The position numbers and the translations under genes are program-made. DNA of 21,043 nucleotides, from positions 1-21,043 of the forward strand of contig JBAXJR010000040.1 in the NCBI GenBank assembly GCA_037137755.1. The letters run 5' to 3'. Positions 16,319 to 21,043 of the stretch are shown here, in pieces (the first letter of the stretch is position 1; the number at the start of each line of letters is the position of its first letter). This DNA comes from Methanomicrobiales archaeon. GTDB lineage: Archaea; Halobacteriota; Methanomicrobia; Methanomicrobiales; Methanospirillaceae. Under the pieces are notes generated by a model that had not been told where the DNA came from, made no database searches, and saw only the letters and a list, made by a program, of their open reading frames with translations.

Positions 16319-19300
16319 CCAGGTTCGCCGTTCTCCTTAATAGTGATGCCTGTAAGGGAGAGAATCTCCCGTACCAGGAACATTCCAAGACCGGTGTTCT
16401 TTCCGAATCCCCGTTCAAAGATCTTCTCCTTCTCCTCTACCGGGATTCCTACACCGTTGTCTTCCCAGATAATAGTTAACGTATTATTGGACTTTTCGAT
16501 AGACACTCTGATGTTAGTCACATGCTCACCGTGCCGCACAGAGTTATCAAGAAGGTTAAAAAAGACCCGTTCAAGCATCGGATCAGCGTATATTTCTGTG
16601 CCTTTCACATTGGAATTCAACTTTAACGTTGGCGGGAGATGTGGACTAAGTGCAATGATTATATTCAAATCCTGCCATAGTGGTTCATGCGTACCAAGAT
16701 TTTCGTAGACCTTCGTAAACTCGATCTGGGAGCGAATTGCCCTCGTGGCCAATTCGATTTTGCTTAAATACTCTGCAATCAGCGGATTTTTTAGTTCCAT
16801 TTCTGCCAGGGAGATATATCTAAGGATAGTTGTGATCTTATTCAGGATATCATGGCGTGTGATTCCGGTGAGAAGCTTTAACTGCCGGTTTGACTGAAGG
16901 ATTGCTTGTTCCGCCTTTTTCCGGTCTGTAATGTCCCGGCCATTAGAGATAATAGCAGGTTTTCCGTTATACGTGATTACGCGACTGCTCACTTCCGCCG
17001 GGATACGGGTTCCATCCTTTGCGTGGTGAGCCGTTTCAAAAACAACATGGCCGGTTTGCTGCAGTTCCTGGACACGAGCCTGGACCATATTGCCATATTC
17101 GGGTTCGTCTATGTCGCTGGGACTCATTTTAAGCAGTTCTTCACGTGAATAGCCAAGTCTCCTGCAAATTTCATCGTTAACCTCCAGGAAATGGCCCTGC
17201 ATATCATGGATCACGATTGCGTCGCCGGCGTTGTTGAAGAAGTCCCGGAATTTCGCCTCACTCTCCCGCGATGCTTCCTCAACCTGTTTTCGTTCGGTGA
17301 TATTTTGTCCTAAAATGGCAAGCCGCCTGATCTTTCCATCCGGATCTATCACCGGATTAAGTATATTATTAAACACTGTACCTGACCCGACGTTTTCATA
17401 CTGCACCATCTGTCCGGACCGTAGAACTTCCTGGACCTTGCTTTTACGTTCCTCGCACAATTCGGGGGGGAGGACCGAGTAACTATTCAGTCCAACAATA
17501 TCCTCACCCCTCGCAAATCCAAGGCGTTTGGCCGCTGTTTCATTGGCTGCGAGAATAGTTCCATCTAAAAGCATCAGGAAGGCCGATTCGGTGATCCCGT
17601 TCAGCATAGCAGAAAGCGTTTCCTCGCTTGACTGTAGATCTGCTTCTGCCCGTTTGAGATCAGTAATGTCAGTGCAGGAACCCAGGTAGCCTCCTTGTGG
17701 CAACGCGCTAGCGTTCATCATTACGTTCAAATAATCGCCGTTCTTTTTCCGAAGTTGAATCTCTCTCGATAGTGAACCCTTCACCTGTAACGTAGAAAAA
17801 TTATTGCTACGGCCCGGCTGGTCAGGATTTATGTCATACACCGAAAGGGAAAGAAGTTCTTCACGGGAATAACCGAGCATTGAACACGCATAGGGATTTA
17901 CATCCCGGTACTTACCTAGTGAATCCACAATAAAAATTCCAACAGGGGAATTGTCAATATATGTACGGTATCGTGACTCGTTTTCTTTAAGTGCTTCCGC
18001 CACTTTTTTGCGTTCCGTGATGTCATGAATAACTCCAATAACAGCATTCTCTTGTGGATTGTATTCTGCAACAGAATGAATATCAAGTACTGCTCCGTCA
18101 GATTGCCTCTGGATTTTAAATTCAACATTATAAGGAGATTTTCCCGCAATAAGGTCTTTCAGAGCCGTATTGAGGAGAGGGCGATAACCGGCGATGGGGA
18201 TTTTCTGGATAGCTTCAAGGGTAAATTGCGCTCCTTCGAGACCATAAAGGATCTTTGCACCTTCCGAGGCGGTGACACTATGATCATTTAATCGGATCTC
18301 CCAGCTTCCCGACCTGCCGATCTCTTCCGCCCGTTTTAAATGCATCTCGCTAATGCGGAGTATATCCTCTTCCTTTCTCCGTTCTGTGATGTCCTGAACC
18401 AGACCAAGCATACGGTTCTGCTCGCCGATGGGACTGAATTCGATTTTGCCTCTTGCCCAAATCCAACGGATTTCACCATCAGTTCGCCGTATACGGCACT
18501 CAAATTCCCAGTCGTGCTTACATGACTGGGCCTCATTGAACGCATGATCCACCAAATCCCGATCTTCCGGCAGGACATGTTCCAAAAACATCTCGTATGT
18601 CCATTCCGGTAAAAGGGAATCATATCCAAAAATCTGGTCGTGCCGGAGTGATCGCCACGCTGTATGACGTTTCAGGTCAAGGTCCCAGGTCCCCATTTGA
18701 GCTACGCTAAGAGCGAGTTCAAGTCGCTCCTCGCTCTTTCGCAGTGCTTCCTCTGCCCGCTTCCGTTCGGTAATGTCCTCGATTGTCCCTTCATAGGCGA
18801 TGATCTTTCCATTGGTATTACGTATAACTCTTGCATTTGTGGTAATCCAGATAGAATGTCCATCCCTGTGCCAGTTTTGCATCTCGAAATTCCGAACCTC
18901 CCCTGCCTCTGAAAGTGATCGATTAAAGATCTGCCGAACTTCCGGGTTGACATATAACTGCTTCTGGATATCGTGGATTGCAGACATCATCTCTTCGGGA
19001 GAGTCGTACCCGTATATTTGTGCAAATGCCAGGTTCATAGTCAGATATCTTCCCTCCGGAGTCGTCTGGAAGATCCCAAGGATTGAATTATCAAACAGTA
19101 AGTGGAATTTACTTTCGCTTTTAAGACGTTCTTCTTCGGCCTCTTTTATTTCCGTTACATCCCGGCCAACTGATTGGTACTCGATTATCGTACCTGAAGC
19201 ATCGAATATCGCCCGGTCGCTCCAACGCTGCCACCGGATGGTGCCGTCCGGCATTACGATCCGGTGCTCAATGGTATCTACCTGATTATCCTGTGCCAAC

Positions 19301-20268
19301 GACCTGAAAAATTTGTTTATTCGTTCCTGGTCCTCCGATGGGATCTTTGGTCTGAAACGGTGACCTAGGATATCATGTCGAGCGAAGCCGAAGTATCTGC
19401 AATACGCTTCGTTTACAAAAATATGTGTGCCGTCAGGCAGAAACCGGGAAATTAATTCTGTCTGGTCCTCGACAACATTCCTATACCGCCTCTCGCTTTC
19501 CCGGAATGCTTCTTCTGTCCGCGTCTGTTCTGTTATATCAAAGGCCAGTCCGGTAACACCTGTGATTGTCCCCTGTGCATCGTAAAGAGGAGAGAGATAT
19601 GTCCGAAATGTTATACCCTCATACGTATAGTCATACACGGTCGACTCTCCGGTGAGCGCACGCAGATGGTGGCTTATTTCCGGATGATCCGGGTCACTCG
19701 TATTAAAGAATTCATAGAGGGTCTTTCCAACTGCCTTATCAGGTTTAAGGCCAATTTCTGCAAGTCCTGCGCCCTGCGACAAAGTAAACCGAAGGTTGCT
19801 GTCAACTGCCCACACGGTTCCAGGCAGTTGGTTCATAACAGATCGGAACCTTTCTTCACTTTGATTTAATGCCCTCTCTGCCCACTTCCGATAAATCGCC
19901 ATCTTGATCTTGTGGGTCAGCTCAACAAACTGTGCCTGCGGATCTCCACCCTTTTGGAGGTAAAAATCTGCCCCTTCGTTCAGAGCCTGGATGACAACAT
20001 CTTCACGCCCTTTACCAGTGAAGAGAATAAACGGTATATTATTGCCGGAATTTCTTACCGTCTTCAAAAGTTGAATGCCGTCCATATCGGGCATCTGGTA
20101 ATCGGATATAATGGCATCGAATTGTTCGGTTTTAAGAAGTGACAAGGCAGAAATGGCCGAATCAATTGTTTTTACTGAAATATCTCCGGTGTGTTCCAGG
20201 AACATCTTACCGATTTCGAGAAGGCCATGTTCATCATCAACATAGAGTACCCGAAGTACACCAGTCAT
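16264..20268 (-). CDS. Hybrid sensor histidine kinase: N-terminal receiver + 8 PAS/PAC domains + HisKA-like + HATPase_c
   Basis: REC (LYVDDE, ISDYQMPDMDG, FTG, YLQKG); eight PAS blocks closed by DITE-like motifs; H box RHDILN, N box NLLDNSVRHG, G1 EDNGVG, F box IFERGF, G2 TGLG. Confidence 0.95.
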   Translation of the reverse strand: MTGVLRVLYVDDEHGLLEIGKMFLEHTGDISVKTIDSAISALSLLKTEQFDAIISDYQMPDMDGIQLLKTVRNSGNNIPFILFTGKGREDVVIQALNEGADFYLQKGGDPQAQFVELTHKIKMAIYRKWAERALNQSEERFRSVMNQLPGTVWAVDSNLRFTLSQGAGLAEIGLKPDKAVGKTLYEFFNTSDPDHPEISHHLRALTGESTVYDYTYEGITFRTYLSPLYDAQGTITGVTGLAFDITEQTRTEEAFRESERRYRNVVEDQTELISRFLPDGTHIFVNEAYCRYFGFARHDILGHRFRPKIPSEDQERINKFFRSLAQDNQVDTIEHRIVMPDGTIRWQRWSDRAIFDASGTIIEYQSVGRDVTEIKEAEEERLKSESKFHLLFDNSILGIFQTTPEGRYLTMNLAFAQIYGYDSPEEMMSAIHDIQKQLYVNPEVRQIFNRSLSEAGEVRNFEMQNWHRDGHSIWITTNARVIRNTNGKIIAYEGTIEDITERKRAEEALRKSEERLELALSVAQMGTWDLDLKRHTAWRSLRHDQIFGYDSLLPEWTYEMFLEHVLPEDRDLVDHAFNEAQSCKHDWEFECRIRRTDGEIRWIWARGKIEFSPIGEQNRMLGLVQDITERRKEEDILRISEMHLKRAEEIGRSGSWEIRLNDHSVTASEGAKILYGLEGAQFTLEAIQKIPIAGYRPLLNTALKDLIAGKSPYNVEFKIQRQSDGAVLDIHSVAEYNPQENAVIGVIHDITERKKVAEALKENESRYRTYIDNSPVGIFIVDSLGKYRDVNPYACSMLGYSREELLSLSVYDINPDQPGRSNNFSTLQVKGSLSREIQLRKKNGDYLNVMMNASALPQGGYLGSCTDITDLKRAEADLQSSEETLSAMLNGITESAFLMLLDGTILAANETAAKRLGFARGEDIVGLNSYSVLPPELCEERKSKVQEVLRSGQMVQYENVGSGTVFNNILNPVIDPDGKIRRLAILGQNITERKQVEEASRESEAKFRDFFNNAGDAIVIHDMQGHFLEVNDEICRRLGYSREELLKMSPSDIDEPEYGNMVQARVQELQQTGHVVFETAHHAKDGTRIPAEVSSRVITYNGKPAIISNGRDITDRKKAEQAILQSNRQLKLLTGITRHDILNKITTILRYISLAEMELKNPLIAEYLSKIELATRAIRSQIEFTKVYENLGTHEPLWQDLNIIIALSPHLPPTLKLNSNVKGTEIYADPMLERVFFNLLDNSVRHGEHVTNIRVSIEKSNNTLTIIWEDNGVGIPVEEKEKIFERGFGKNTGLGMFLVREILSLTGITIKENGEPGKGVRFEITVPKGMYRIK

Positions 20269-20408
20269 TACTCTTCATTGCATGCCCATCAGATATTAGT
20301 TTGTCATTCAGATACCCTGCGCCAGCGGTCCTGTTTCGGTGAGGACTCTTATTTTTTCTAAAAAAATTTCAAAAATATGGCCTGGAAATTGGTAGAGAAA
20401 AGGTATGC

Positions 20409-20508
20409 AGAAAGCGAACACGTACGTTCGGTTTGCGCACATTAGGACATATTTTGATTTAATGCGATACATCCCTTTCGGCAGCGTAATCTCGAACAGG
20501 CACCTTTG
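20409..20508 (-). repeat. Direct repeat copy 3 (intergenic; kinase-tail-like stub with 1-nt deletion plus inverted repeat)
   Basis: Core 20462-20483 identical to the other copies; agaaagcgaac-acgtac-gttcggtttgc at 20409-20436; ends at the same ctttg as the others. Confidence 0.95.
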
Positions 20509-20645
20509 TGGGGATTATTTAAAAAAAAATTTACATTATCCAGGGCCGTTGGTATACGGATCCGCCTCGTCAGACTGTGCATTCATGATAGGGAAAAAGG
20601 CCCGGATGTGGAGGACAAATGGGGTCCCCTTGAAAAATAAAGATT

Positions 20646-21041
20646 TCAGGTCCCCAGCGGGGACTCATTCATGCCGAGGAAATCGAGTGCGTTCTCCCCG
20701 TATTGGACGGGTGCATACTTGGACCCGAAATGCGGGAGTCCCTTGAACCGCACGAGCCACGATCCGTTGATCTGACTGGCAATCTGGACCGTAACATTCT
20801 GTGGCGTCAGTACGTCCGCGGTGCCCACGACGAGCATGACCGTCTTATTGATCCCTGAAAGGTGGTCCCATGACCCGCTCCAGTTCAGGTTTGCCTGGGA
20901 CTCCTGGTGAACGCCCTGGGTCTGGTTAGGATTGTTACCTTCCACGACAATGAGAGCGTACAGCAGTTTGGTCTCCGGTATCCGGATATCGTAGGTCACA
21001 GAATCCAGTACCAGTTTTCGTACGCGTTCAGGGTGATCGAT
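20646..21041 (-). CDS. Alpha/beta hydrolase, 5'-partial
   Basis: Frame is open to the window edge (IDHPERVRKLVLDSVTYD...); catalytic Asp region VGTADVLTP and His region GLPHFG. Confidence 0.88.
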   Translation of the reverse strand: MDHPERVRKLVLDSVTYDIRIPETKLLYALIVVEGNNPNQTQGVHQESQANLNWSGSWDHLSGINKTVMLVVGTADVLTPQNVTVQIASQINGSWLVRFKGLPHFGSKYAPVQYGENALDFLGMNESPLGT

Positions 21042-21043
21042 AA

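Larger units (their letters stand above)
14290..21043. mobile_element. Putative tandem cassette array / genomic island anchored at the dapL 5' end (continues beyond window)
   Basis: Three direct repeats delimit unrelated accessory modules; base composition is heterogeneous; housekeeping genes stop at dapL. No integrase or transposase in the window, so mobility is inferred. Confidence 0.55.

Noticed and set aside
14308-20483. CRISPR array based on the 22-37 bp identical cores
   Set aside because: Copies are 1.9 and 4.2 kb apart with whole genes between them; no cas genes.
14290-20508. Diversity-generating retroelement (TR/VR pair at the kinase C-terminus)
   Set aside because: Only 2 of the 12 mismatches between copies 1 and 2 are at coding-strand adenines of copy 1, copy 3 differences are also not A-specific, and no reverse transcriptase is present.
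14290-20508. Classical integron attC sites or IS/MITE ends for the three repeats
   Set aside because: No RYYYAAC...GTTRRRY framing of a long hairpin, no terminal inverted repeats spanning the unit, no target-site duplications or transposase.
20405-20746. 113 aa + strand ORF, and similar short ORFs at 16252-16479, 16268-16708 and 16170-16418
   Set aside because: They are alternative-frame or antisense readings across the repeat and kinase gene, with no recognisable domain.
1-21043. tRNA or rRNA genes
   Set aside because: No cloverleaf with T-loop/D-loop consensus or rRNA-like stretch seen in the intergenic regions by eye.

Overview
Archaeal chromosome segment, most consistent with a Methanomicrobiales methanogen (HMf-type histone, RadA, FEN-1 with PIP box, presenilin-like GxGD protease, REC-multiPAS-HATPase kinase ending in the RFEITVP tail); the taxon is my inference. 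Bases 1-3161 hold the 3' part of a large surface protein (RCC1/BLIP-II-like repeats, PKD, beta-helix, 2x PKD). Bases 3.5-14.3 kb are housekeeping genes: fen, small membrane protein, presenilin homolog, NOG1-type GTPase, HTH-CBS regulator, histone, PRC-barrel, HAD phosphatase, radA, rpa, lysA, dapL. From the dapL start codon to the window end lies an accessory region cut into modules by three direct copies of an ~80-100 bp sequence (14290-14370, 16218-16318, 20409-20508). This repeat overlaps the first 14 nt of dapL, forms the last codons of the histidine kinase gene, and in the two internal copies carries an 11-6-11 inverted repeat. The modules are TrmB regulator + limonene-epoxide-hydrolase-like gene (1948 bp), the 8-PAS hybrid kinase (4191 bp) and an alpha/beta hydrolase (runs off the window). 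No recombinase is visible. The main hypothesis is a tandem, integrase-less gene-cassette array built up at the dapL 5' end; it is untested.
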